A DNA stretch of 64,000 bases from Hydrolagus affinis (taxonomy: Eukaryota), in contig JAAILG010000403.1 in assembly GCA_012026655.1 (NCBI GenBank), forward strand, positions 1 to 64,000. The letters run 5' to 3'. This document shows positions 1 to 10,010 of this stretch, piece after piece. Under the pieces are notes generated by a model that was not told the origin of the DNA, made no database searches, and saw nothing but the letters and a program-made list of their open reading frames with translations. Position numbers and translations under genes: made by a program. Position 1 is the stretch's first letter. Each line of letters opens with the position of its first letter.

Positions 1-1117
1 ATTGAGGGAATATATTTACAGTACTGTATTTGTAAAACAATCATGTCCCCAAATCATTGTTGCATTATTGCAGCAATTCTCCAGTGAGAATTCATGTATA
101 TTAAAACAATTTGTCTGGATTTTCATTACCATTTGAAACAATTTCTCCACCCCTTCCAATCTGTTCTGGAGCTATTAACTGATTGGGAGCTTGCCTCTAG
201 GCTCAACAGTGGGAAAGATGATGTTTGCTTCAATATTCAGATTCTGTTGAAGCTGGGTGGGGGGGTGATGGATTTTTGTGCCAGTGATGGCATGTTGTTA
301 TGTTTAATGAACAAATAAGGGTTAACTAGATGCAATTTAAAGATGTAGGACATAATGTGGAGCATTTAATGTGTGTGATCAAGGCTGTAAGGTAGAATAC
401 TTAATTTGCCTTTTGTTTTTCCTATAATTGTCCCCTGTTGCTTTGCTATGTTGCTTCATTTTTTTTCTTTCAGGAAAGCAAGCAAGCTGTGATCTTTCTG
501 ATGGAGTTATTTTGTTATCACTATGACAACCATGTAGGCAATGGGAAGCAGTACAATTATTTTATATGCATTATCTGTGTGTGGATAATAAATGAAAGTC
601 TTTCAGGCAGAAGTGAGATAATAATCGCAATATAATCTGTAAATTGCCCATCGGAAAATGGTATGAGAATGTAGTTATCACATAAATCAGAAAGCATTTA
701 TGAAATGTGTTGAAAATCCAAATGGGCTTGAAATAGATATCAGATGAGAAACATTTGAAAAAATCAAGTTTCACATTTGGAGGAAGAAAATATTTCTTCT
801 GACTGGATCACTTGATTTATATATATTTTTGTCTTCTGGGAACATTGAGGTGTAACCCTTATTCTGTAAAAGCTGATAATGTTTTCAATGCAGCTGAATA
901 GTTTGCTTAGGGATGAGCTTATTTCTCCCTTTCCCATGCTTTATTTTCGATGTTTCTGTTTTTCTTCCCCCCTCAAACAAGCTGTTCTTGTCACAGTCTC
1001 CTCCAAGCCTGCCAGCCTAACGGTTGCTCCCACCTTCCAAGCTGGAATGTGAGAGCTGAAAGAAAGTAGAATAAATTAAGTAAATTAAGTTTAAAGTTAG
1101 AGGTAGAAAACCAAAAA

Positions 1118-1265
1118 TTGCATTTTGTCTATGCCTTTCACATCAGGAGGATGTCTCAAACCACTTCATAGGATTCACTGTAAAGTGTAGTGACTATATT
1201 TTAGCTTATAAGGTGCATCGTGACTGCCAATATATGCATAGCAATGCCTCACAGAGTGAATGACC
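1118..1265 (-). mobile_element. Degenerate SINE 3' part with L2-type tail (DeuSINE-like)
   Basis: TTGCATTT..GCCTTTCACATC..GATGTCTCAAACCACTTCA..AGTGACT..GCCAATATATGCATAGCAATG..CACA resembles the reverse complement of the 3' halves of the copies at 37412 and 36297. Confidence 0.6.
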
Positions 1266-1559
1266 AAGATTTGAGGGATTGCTGCATGTGGTTAATAACC
1301 CTTGTATCTTCACAAATTGTTTGGGGGACATCTGGACTCCCTTATCAGAAGAGAAAAGAAGAGGCAAAGGAATGAAATCAGGCAACTTAGCAAATACACC
1401 ATTGTTTATAAAGATTTTATGTGTACTTTCTAATTTGGTTTAGTATTTATTTTAGTGAGAGGATTAATATTACAGTAATAGTAATGTATCTATTCCTGAT
1501 GGTTGACTAGCACCATTATTGAGTATTATATATTTTTTCAATGTCACACTGCTTGACCT

Positions 1560-1720
1560 GAAATGTGCAGGAAATGCTCAGCAGTTTGGGCAATACTGCA
1601 CTCTAAAGGTTGCAACATGTTGGGTCAAATTTGATGCGATTTTGTTGCATGAACTGGGTGGGCCACTGATGTTTTCACCTCCTCTCCTGAAGTTGCCTGG
1701 CTCTGCTCAGTGTGTTAAAC
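1560..1720. mobile_element. Old, degenerate copy of the Penelope-derived palindromic element
   Basis: Left arm AAATGTGCAGGAAATGCTCAGCAGTTTGGGCAATACT and right arm CTCTCCTGAAGTTGCCTGGCTCTGCTCAGTGTGTT resemble the two arms of 7464-7641; ribozyme core not retained. Confidence 0.5.
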
Positions 1721-2051
1721 TAATATACCTTACATGAAGGCATGATCCCAACTTCTTCTAAATGTTAGGAAGAGCTCAGTGCAAAACGTCTGTCAACATC
1801 CATTCCATAGTCAAACCCTCCTCTGCCTCTGGAGACCGCAATCATTTTGCTGTGCTTAATGAGGGTAAGATTCCTTTGGACTGAGTCCAACAATGTCTGG
1901 AGATTTCTGTCAGAACATACTACAGCTATTGAAGTAAAAGCTTTGATCTAAGCTGGTGGTCCACAAGTTAAAGTGGCGTTAAAGATTCACAATGGATATG
2001 TCATTTTGACTCCTGCGGTTCATATAACCTTTGTACATTTCAACAGGATCG

Positions 2052-2105
2052 TTAAGTGCTTTGGGACGTCGGCCTGACGTAAAAAACGCTATATATATGT
2101 AAAAT
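2052..2105 (+). mobile_element. Isolated L2-type 3' tail
   Basis: AAGTGCTTTGGGACGTC..GACGTAAAAAACGCTATATATATGTAA, the tail motif shared by the SINE/L2 copies in the window. Confidence 0.65.
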
Positions 2106-2186
2106 TGTAGCATCCCAAAAAGAGGCTTAAATGTTACATACTAAAGTACTAAACACAACAGCAGAGCCAAAGGTCCCTTCATTTAT

Positions 2187-2255
2187 AACAACAACAGCAA
2201 CAACTTTGATTTATATAGCGATCTCCACGCCGGACGCCATCTCAGAACGCTTCGA
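2187..2255 (-). mobile_element. Isolated L2 3' terminus with (TTG)n tail
   Basis: ACAACAACAGCAACAACTTTGATTTATATAGCG..CTCCACGCCGGACGCCATCTCAGAACGCTTC matches 7411-7463 and 17309-17370. Confidence 0.75.
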
Positions 2256-2804
2256 ATAATTGATGATTTGAGCGATTTAAATAATTGATGACTACAAATT
2301 ACAGGAACATTCTCATACAATGTACTTTTCCCACTGAGTGAGTGTGTCATTTTAATTTTGTATTCTTTTCGGCTGGAATCGTATGGAAACTCAAAATGTT
2401 TCATTTTTATAGTTATTAGTTACCTACCCAGTCAAACCCAGAGTTCCTCCTGGTAGCTGTGTCTACCATGGCCAACTGTGCACACCGGTACAGATCAAAG
2501 CTTTTCACAAGATAAATGAAAATACACACGTGTGCTATCAGAGTTCTAATTGTGCAGCTCTGCTATGATGCATTCCAACTGAAGGTTAATTATTACTTCA
2601 ATCAAAAAAATAACTTAATGCTCTATAAACAATAATTTTCCCATTTAATTACATAATATTGGAAATTCTGATTGTACTGCTATTAAATGAGTTGTGAGAT
2701 TAAATGACCTTCATTGCCAAGCAACAGGCTTTCTGAGGCTTTTATCACTTACTCCATGATCATCCCAGGTAATATCAGGCTGTGGTAGAGATCAATGCTC
2801 TTCC

Positions 2805-3110
2805 TGACAGATCAGTGCCCACCCAGCTTCACTGACCTATCTATCCCCCAGAGGATAGAGTTCAAAATCTTTGTCCTTGCTGCTCCCTATCTCTATGACC
2901 TGGTAACTTCATACAGATCTGTCTGGTACCTTCACTCAGTGAACTCTAGCCTGCTCCATAGCCTCCGACCAGCTCAACCCACCATCAGAGGTCGGTCCTT
3001 CAGCTTTTCTGCCCCCACCCTTTGGAACTCCTTCTCACAGTCCCTTCAGCTTGCCCCCTTCCTTGCCTCGTTCAAGACCCATTTCAACCCCTCCCCCACA
3101 CCCCCTCTTT
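2805..3110 (+). mobile_element. L2 LINE 3' fragment (ORF2 C-terminus)
   Basis: Translates to PQRIEFKIFVL..APYLYDL..TIRGRSFSFSAPTLWNS..SFKTH, typical of the L2-clade ORF2 C-terminus. Confidence 0.85.
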
Positions 3111-4448
3111 GCTTCCCATCACAATTTTAAAAACAAATTGGTGATTTTTATTGCCAACAGACTCATAGGAAAACCCCAAACGCCCTCGGACTGGCAAACT
3201 GACACTTGTAAGAGGAGTACCACTCTATCGTTAATCCCTACAGCATCAGAGCTCAAGATAGTAAAATAAAATCTGACACCCTGACAGTTGAGTCCTCTTG
3301 TCCTGATTTGCTACAATGTTTTGGCTTGACTTGCACAGCTAAGAGACATTCCTGTGTAGACCTGTTTGAATTAATTATATTTCATGTCGGTGTTTCCCTT
3401 GTTAGCCATATTGAAGATGACACTTCAATCGAATTAGAAGTGCTGGCCTTTGAATGTTCACAGAGATAGTAATTTGATATCTTAGTAATGATGTGACCTA
3501 TGTCACTCTGAGCTGGTGATGTGCCACTCTCCATTTCTGCGCAGATATGTTTGAGGCACAAATGCAAACTCAATGTTCACAAGTCATTTGCATTTGTTTT
3601 TGTGCGTGTTGCTGATGTTCCACAAACTGTAGTGTTCTAGTTATAGTATCTTTCCATACAAAATATATATTCTGTGCTACGAAGTCACCATTAACCATTT
3701 TGTCTGTTAATTGCCGACTACAGCTGTTCAGATATCTCAGCAGGAAGGCAGTGCCAGATTACAGAGGCTCTGGGGACTGTTTAGTTCGGCAACTGGAATG
3801 TTCTGGTCTTTCTAACCACCTTTACTGCTTTCTGGAGGAAATATATAAAGAGAAGTGAACAAGGCTATTTCGGTATTCTTGCTCTCTTGGGAATAGATTA
3901 GTCCAGAGAAGTGGCTGGTGGTTAATGGAATAAGGCAAGTGAAAAAGATTGAAACATGTTATCCCAGAATCTCACAAATGATCAGGCACCTCTTGTAATT
4001 GGTTATCATTTAAGAGTAGATGTTCAAATAATGCAGCTTTCAAATGCTCACATATTCTGTTTCAGGCTAAATAGATAGGGTTTGCTGAGATTTGCTGAAA
4101 CCTGTTAACATTGCAGAAGAAGTGGGCCTTTAATGCCCACTTTATGCTGTTATTGTAAATCGCTGTGTGCTTCCAATTGGCAGCTTGCAATGTAAACAAT
4201 GCCTGTGGAGGAGAGCTGATTCTCACAGTCCTGTGATTATTGATGCTTTACTTAGTTGATTTTGGCACAGAAACATTTTGTTCCAGCTCCTCTGTGCTGG
4301 GAGCCAGGAAAGTAGGGAAATGAGATTCAAACTGCCCAAAGGGATCAGATACTTTGACGTTGACCGACTGATCAGATGAGTATCCAAACAATGTCCTGTG
4401 ATTGTCACGTGATTGTGGCAAACATGGTATTAGGTAGTGTTGAAGAAA

Positions 4449-4852
4449 GACTTGCATTTGATATAGTGCCATTCATATCAGAAATATGTCTCACAACACT
4501 TAAAAGAATTTACTATACAGTGTAGTAAATGTATATTGTGAAGGCAAATGCCGCAGTCAATTTGCACAGAGCAATGTCCCACAAATAGCCACAAGGTGAA
4601 TGACCATTTCATCTTGGAGATTGTTGTGTAGGAGAGATCTCGTGTCATGGGATCTTTATCGTCCACCTAAACAGCCAAATGGGGCCTCAGTTTAATATCT
4701 AATCCAAAGGATGACACCTCCAATGATGCAGTACTACTCAACACTGCATTGAAGTATCAACCTGGACTGAGTTCAACGTCCAGATATTGGGCTTCAACCC
4801 TTGATTTTTTGACTTAGATCTGAGTTCGACTACCAACTGAGCGAAGTTGACA
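4449..4852 (-). mobile_element. Near full-length DeuSINE (SacSINE1-like)
   Basis: On the minus strand: tRNA-like head (4790-4852), Deu-type core (plus strand CATGGGATCTTTATCGTCCACCT..GGGGCCTCAGTTTAATATCTAATCCAAAGGATG) and L2-type tail. Confidence 0.8.
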
Positions 4853-5434
4853 CAACCCTTATTTATGTTTTAAACATTTTTAAAAAACTTACTGAGCAAG
4901 TCCTCTTTGAAAGCTGTTTCCAGTCACGTTTCCTCAGCATTGCCTGCGGGAAGAATGAGGAGCCTTTGACAGTTTTATTTCAGTACTTAAGTTTTTCACT
5001 GACTGCTTGACTCTCCCTAAGCAGCTCCTGAAATCTTGTTGGATCACTGAGAAGAGAGAGCGTCAGACTCCCTGATGTGAGTTCAAGAGCTGCATAGGGA
5101 AAAATTGAACAGACAATTAAACAACCAAGTGATGGGTGAAAACACTGAAAACATTTAAGTTTTAGTCGGGTATTGTACTGGAGTTAAAATGTGCACTATT
5201 CCAAGCTGCAATCATGCATTAATTTATCAATTTATAGGTCTTTTGCTGTGGTCTATACTTGGCTGCTGATAACACTGTTGAACATTGCCTGAAACCTTGT
5301 TTCATTAGATGAGTTGGTTATCTTATGCTTGCTCTTCTCCCCTTCCTTTATCAGGCTTCTTCTTTCATGTAATTCAGCATTTCGGAAGGGTAGCCTGGCT
5401 TCTGCTGTTCTGGCTCAGGTACTAGTTGTGTAAA

Positions 5435-5595
5435 GCTCCTATAGCTCAGCGGTTAGAGCACTCGCCTTACAAGCATGAGACCTGTGTTCGAATCCAGGCA
5501 GATCAGGGTGAAACCTTGAGCAAGTTTCCTTACTCCAATAATAATCCCCCACCCAAAAAAAAATAAAAAATTGATTATTTTCAATTCATGACTAT
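5435..5595 (+). mobile_element. tRNA-derived SINE, 5' half
   Basis: GCTCCTATAGCTCAGCGGTTAGAGCA (Pol III A box), GTTCGAATCC (B box), then GCAAGTTTCCTTACTCCA; collinear with 36297-36440. Confidence 0.9.
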
Positions 5596-5889
5596 TTGAA
5601 AACATAGCTAAATAAATATAAATATATTATATACTGTGTGTATATATATATTTATAGTGTATATATGTAAATAAAGTGCATCAACCCAAATTTCAGTCTG
5701 CTCAAACTTGAAACACAAGTAAATGAAGTCCTCTGCAGATAAGTGTAACTCCTACCTGTTAACCTGTTCATCAGTGTGTGTCTTGCTGTTCTCCAAATTG
5801 TGGAGACAGTAGTGTACAGCAGGGGTTTCAATCTGGAGATTTTAGTTGAAGTAACAATATGAGGTAATACTGTAACTTAGTATAGGAAA

Positions 5890-6142
5890 GTACACCCCAC
5901 CCTTATAAAGCTTTCAATTATAACCCAATCTTGGGTGATACACCCTACCATCAGTATAAAGTTCTCAATTATAGCTCTCTTTCTATTACACAGCCCTTCA
6001 TCAGTATCGGACTCTCAATTATAAATCTATCTCTGTTACACATCCCTCCAACATTATAAAGCACTCAATTATACCTCTATCTCTGTTATACATCCCATTC
6101 TTATTTTAAGGCTCCCATTATATGTTAACCTTTAGAATGAAA
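5890..6142. repeat. Degenerate 50-bp minisatellite, about 5 units
   Basis: Anchor TCAATTATA (last copy CCATTATA) at 5914, 5965, 6015, 6065 and 6115. Confidence 0.85.
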
Positions 6143-6562
6143 CAGGCATTTGTCTTTTACTGCACTGTAGCTTGTTGAACTATTGAATTCTGTTGCTTTG
6201 CTGTTTGATTTGCTCTTTAGTAAAGAGGACAGAGAGTTATAATTTAATTTCTGGCACGTGTATAAAGAAACAGTAATTAAATTAAGTGTGGGTGAAGGAG
6301 AGCAGATTTCATATTAGCATCGAAGTTGGAATTAGTAGATTGTGCCTGTCACAGCACTTGTGTTCAAGTTAATAAGGAATAATGCTCTGCTTATTGAATG
6401 ACTTGTCTCGCTTTCCTGGAGGGGAGGCTTGTGCATTTTATCATCAGGAAACCTCAACCATGGCCAAATAATTGAGAATAATTCTACTACCTTAAGGACA
6501 GCATAGATCAGTCAACTCAGAACACACAAAAAAAAGCTCTTCGCAGAATATACTGTTAAATG

Positions 6563-6621
6563 TGTTATATATCCCACCTTTATTTTAAGGCTCCCATTAT
6601 ATGTTAATCTTTAGAATGAAA
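6563..6621 (+). repeat. About 60-bp direct duplicate of 6084-6142
   Basis: TGTTATAYATCCCA..TTATTTTAAGGCTCCCATTATATGTTAAYCTTTAGAATGAAA occurs at both sites. Confidence 0.9.
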
Positions 6622-7139
6622 TAAGGCTGAACTGCCTGTGTATTTTTGTGGGTCAAAATGAAAGAATCCTGCAGTGTAATGTTTGCAGATGGCGATCCAA
6701 CTGAAAACAATGCAGTGAATAAAACATTATTATTGTACTTCCACATGAAAGTTTGTAAAAGTGGGCAACCCACAGCTTTTCTGGGGCGTCTCCCTCACTG
6801 TTAAGTCAAAGTAGCTGGTTTTGTGATTTCCCTATCAGGGTTACACTACTAAGGAGAAGACCAGTGTAACTCGTACGAGTATGAGTTGTTTGGAAACTAG
6901 CGATTATCGGATTTAAGGGAAACAGCCGTGAACTGTCAGCAATATTAGACGTCATTCTTTTGATATATTGTCTGGGAAAGTCAAAGAGTCATGAGTTCCT
7001 CAGGAGGTTTCCTGTTTAACTCCTGCAGCCCTCCTTGCATTAGAATACATTGTTCAATACTATTAAGGATTGAATCTTTTGGATGACAAAAGTAGATTAA
7101 GGAGATACACCCGAGGTAGTGACTTCACATGTTAAATCT

Positions 7140-7240
7140 GTTTATATTTTCATTTCATTTATTTATTTATGTATATATATGTATACACACACAATACACA
7201 CACACATAGACAATACACACTACACATGTTTACTATACAC
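7140..7240. repeat. Low-complexity (TTTA)/(TA)/(CA) microsatellite tract
   Basis: Direct inspection. Confidence 0.8.
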
Positions 7241-7463
7241 AGTAGAGTGAAGTGACTACAGTTATGCTTACCTGTCTCATCTTCTCCCACCTCATTCCTC
7301 TGTTCGCCCAACTCAGAGACTCGCCACGCATCCACCCTTCTCTCTGATAGAGGCTGAACCTTCAGTTTCTATGAAACAAACAACTATTTGCATTTATATA
7401 GTGCCCTTCAACAACAACAACTTGCATTTGTATAGCGCCCTCCATACCAGACGGTGTCTCAGA

Positions 7464-7676
7464 ACAAAAACAAAAGTTGCTGGGGAAACTCAGCAGGTCA
7501 AACAGTATCCATGGAGAAAGGAAAAGGAGTCAACGTTTTGGGTCCTGACGAAGGGTTGTAGACCCGAAACGTTGACTCCTTTTCCTTTCTCCATGGATAC
7601 TGTTTGACCTGCTGAGTTTCCCCAGCAACTTTTGTTTTTGTTTCAGATTCCCAGCATCTGTAGTATTTTGTGTTTT
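7464..7676 (+). mobile_element. Penelope-derived non-autonomous palindromic element with 10-bp TSD
   Basis: TSD GTGTCTCAGA at 7454-7463 and 7677-7686 (single copy in the uninterrupted L2 at about 17354); inverted arms 7464-7544 and 7561-7641 with one mismatch; Penelope origin inferred from the ribozyme motif. Confidence 0.85.
7540..7578 (+). ncRNA. Minimal type I hammerhead ribozyme motif (Penelope-like-element type)
   Basis: Stem I GGGUC/GACUC; core CUGACGA 7545-7551; stem II GGGU..ACCC; GAAA 7566-7569; loopless self-complementary stem III (ACGU); NUH triplet GUU. Confidence 0.7.
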
Positions 7677-8143
7677 GTGTCTCAGAGCACTTCACAATAG
7701 CGGAGCCTGGGGCCGAGCCAAGGGGAGGGGAAAGATGACCGTAGGCCCAGTCGAACAGCAAGGTCTTCAGGTGAGATCTGAAAATGGAAAAGGAGGGGGC
7801 GAGGCAAAGGGATTGACGGAGGGAATTCCAGAACTTCGGAGTGTAATGGCTGAAGGCATGGCCGCCGATGTTGGAGCGGAGGATTCAGGGGACAAGGAAG
7901 AGGCCAGACCTAGTAGAGTGGAGGCAGGAGATACTGCTGTGAGGAGAGAGGAGGTTATAGAGGGAGGGGGGGTGCAGAGGAGTGGAGGGATTTACACACA
8001 AGAGTGAGGATCTAGAAGTCGATCCGCTCTGTGATAGGGAGCCAGTGAAGTCTGGCGAGGACTGGGGTAATCGGGGAGCAAAGTTTGGTTCGCTTGAGAA
8101 TGCGGGTGGCAGAGTATAACTGTATCAGTTGGATTTTGTGAAT

Positions 8144-8315
8144 AATAATAACAATAATCTTGCATTTGATATAGCGCCTTATCATGTCTCCTAGGCGTCT
8201 CAAAGTGCTTCACAGAATAGAATATAAAATAAATTGACTATATTTGAAACAGTGTGAAACATAACAGCCAATTACACACAGCAGTGTCCCACAAACAGTC
8301 GTGGATTGAAGTGAA
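8144..8315 (-). mobile_element. tRNA-SINE 3' half inserted in L2
   Basis: (TAA)n..TTGCATTTGATATAGCGCC..CAAAGTGCTTCACAGAATA..CAGCCAATTACACACAGCAGTGTCCCACAAACAGTCGTGGATTGAAGTGA. Confidence 0.9.
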
Positions 8316-8354
8316 CTTTTTATTTCCTGAGGTAAGATGTTCTTATCTTGGGTG

Positions 8355-8425
8355 GTGGTGCCTTGGGACGTCCTCCCGACGTGAAAGGCGCTCTATAAAT
8401 GTAATTTGTTGTTGTTGTTGTTGTT
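8355..8425 (+). mobile_element. L2-type 3' tail with (TTG)n
   Basis: GCCTTGGGACGTCCTCCCGACGTGAAAGGCGCTCTATAAATGTAATTTGTTGTTG, near-identical to 55296-55354. Confidence 0.85.
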
Positions 8426-8469
8426 GGTGGAGGGGGAGACTGGCGAGGAGGGCGTTGGACTAGTCCTGG

Positions 8470-8690
8470 TTCAAATGGTGTAGCTTCTCACAATGTTTCC
8501 TTCCTCTACCCATCCACCTTGAACCCTCTCTATCTGTCTTTAAATCCTGTGTTAAAGCCAACCCCTTCGACTGTGCTTATGTCCGCCTCTCTTTCTTTCT
8601 CCCCCATCTCCCAAGCTAGGCATCCAATCTCCTCTTTGTCCATCACTCTGAGTCATGATCCTACATGAAAGGCACTGTATAAATTCAGGT
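8470..8690 (+). mobile_element. Old L2 3' end
   Basis: CTTTAAATCCTGTGTTAAAGCCAACCCCTTCGACTGTGC followed by tail TACATGAAAGGCACTGTATAAAT. Confidence 0.6.
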
Positions 8691-8784
8691 GTTTGTTTTA
8701 ATTTTAGACATCAAGCGTGAACTGGTTCAGAACATATTGATAGGGCGTGATATTGATTTGATCAGAACATTGATTTGAGTTGTT

Positions 8785-8982
8785 GTGATCTGGAAAGCAG
8801 TGCCTGAAAGGGTGGTGGAAGTAGATTCAATAATAATTTTCAACGTGATATATACTTGAAAAAGAAAAAAAATTACACGGCTATGGGGAAAGAGCAGAAG
8901 ACAGGGATTAATTGGATAGCTCTTTCAAAGAGCCAGCACAGGCAAGATGGGCTGAATGGCATCCCTGCTGTAAGATTCTATC
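8785..8982 (+). mobile_element. CR1 LINE 3' end
   Basis: TGCCTGAAAGGGTGGTGGAAGTAGATTCAATAATAATTTTCAA..GGCTATGGGGAAAGAGCAG..GATAGCTCTTTCAAAGAGCCAGCACAGGCAAGATGGGCTGAATGGC..GATTCTAT; paralogous to 60790-60910. Confidence 0.85.
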
Positions 8983-9909
8983 ATTCAGTGGAATAGCTAT
9001 GGTGTCCCTAGTGAGTGCAGGAGTTAGTTGCTGGTAATCATCTTTCGGCAAGTGGACAAAATCAAAGATTGTTGTATCTATGACTACTGGCAATAAATGT
9101 GGATGAGTCCTTGATACTGTTATTGATGTCCCATGTTTTGCTATTTCCTTTTTCTCTGTAGAACTACTTTCTCCTGCTCTCATTGCAGGAACAGCTGACT
9201 GAAAACTTTCCTATTGTTCTGTGAAGCTGCCAAGTTTTCTTTTCCCAGATTTGCATCCAGCTTGTGCCCTATATTAGCACTGAAGTTATTGGCTAAGCAC
9301 ATGTTGCAAAATGACATTTACACCAGAGCACCAATAATCAGAATACTTTTTCCACATAGTTGATCCAAAGATTAGTTGAAAATAATTTTACGAGTCGTGG
9401 CAGAAGCTTGTTCTACCGCACATGCCATCAAAACGCCACTTAAATTCTGGAGGTTCACTGGATCAAATGAAGCTTTCAGCAATTACTCATATATCTATCA
9501 TGTGTGCCTTCACATGTATTGATACGAATGCATACTGATAAAAAATAATTAAGAGAATGGAGAGCTCGCACTGCCGAGACAGACTCTGAAGGTGTTTCAA
9601 CTGGTAGTTCAAAGTACAGTACTGTGCTGGGAATCTCTGATGTTTCCACACTGAAGCTGCACTGCAGAGACTGAGGCTGCTTCCTGCAGTTCCAAGGGAG
9701 GCTTTGCAGCAGCACAAGATTAAAAGGACTAGTAAAAATGATTTCTGTTTTTTTAAAAAAAAATGCTTTCCATGATTGAACACTGGCCTCTCCTCACTTT
9801 GATACCCACCATTGATCACTCTATTGGGTCTTGCACCACATTGTAACAGCTGCCGCCATTCATGCCTGTTGTGAATTGTCTTCATTTGTGCATCTAAATT
9901 GGCAGCAAG

Positions 9910-10010
9910 TGTAGGAATCATAACAGAAAGCCTAGAAAGATAAGCAGATCATTCAACAATTAGAAAAACAAAGATAGGTTCATGTTCAAACATGACGCTT
10001 CATCAGAACT
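9910..10010 (-). mobile_element. Degenerate Penelope-derived element (single arm)
   Basis: Minus strand reads GAGTTCTGATGAAGCGTCATG..GATCTGCTTATCTTTCTAGGC, matching the start of 60234; GAAA box decayed. Confidence 0.5.

Larger units (their letters stand above)
7411..8466 (-). mobile_element. L2 LINE 3' fragment interrupted by two insertions (7464-7676 and about 8144-8425)
   Basis: Collinear with 17309-17860 on both sides of each insertion; encodes ITPVLARLHWLPITERIDF; (TTG)n tail. Confidence 0.9.

Noticed and set aside
5435-5510. tRNA-like sequences here and near 36297, 30480 and 33010
   Set aside because: They run straight into shared SINE bodies and lack an acceptor stem and poly-T terminator; they are SINE heads, not tRNA genes
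5975-6010. Minus-strand CTGATGA..GAAA inside the 50-bp repeat as a hammerhead
   Set aside because: No stem II or stem I pairing, and not conserved in neighbouring units
5890-6142. CRISPR-like reading of the 50-bp and 67-bp arrays
   Set aside because: Vertebrate-type DNA, whole units are homologous with no unique spacers, and there are no cas genes
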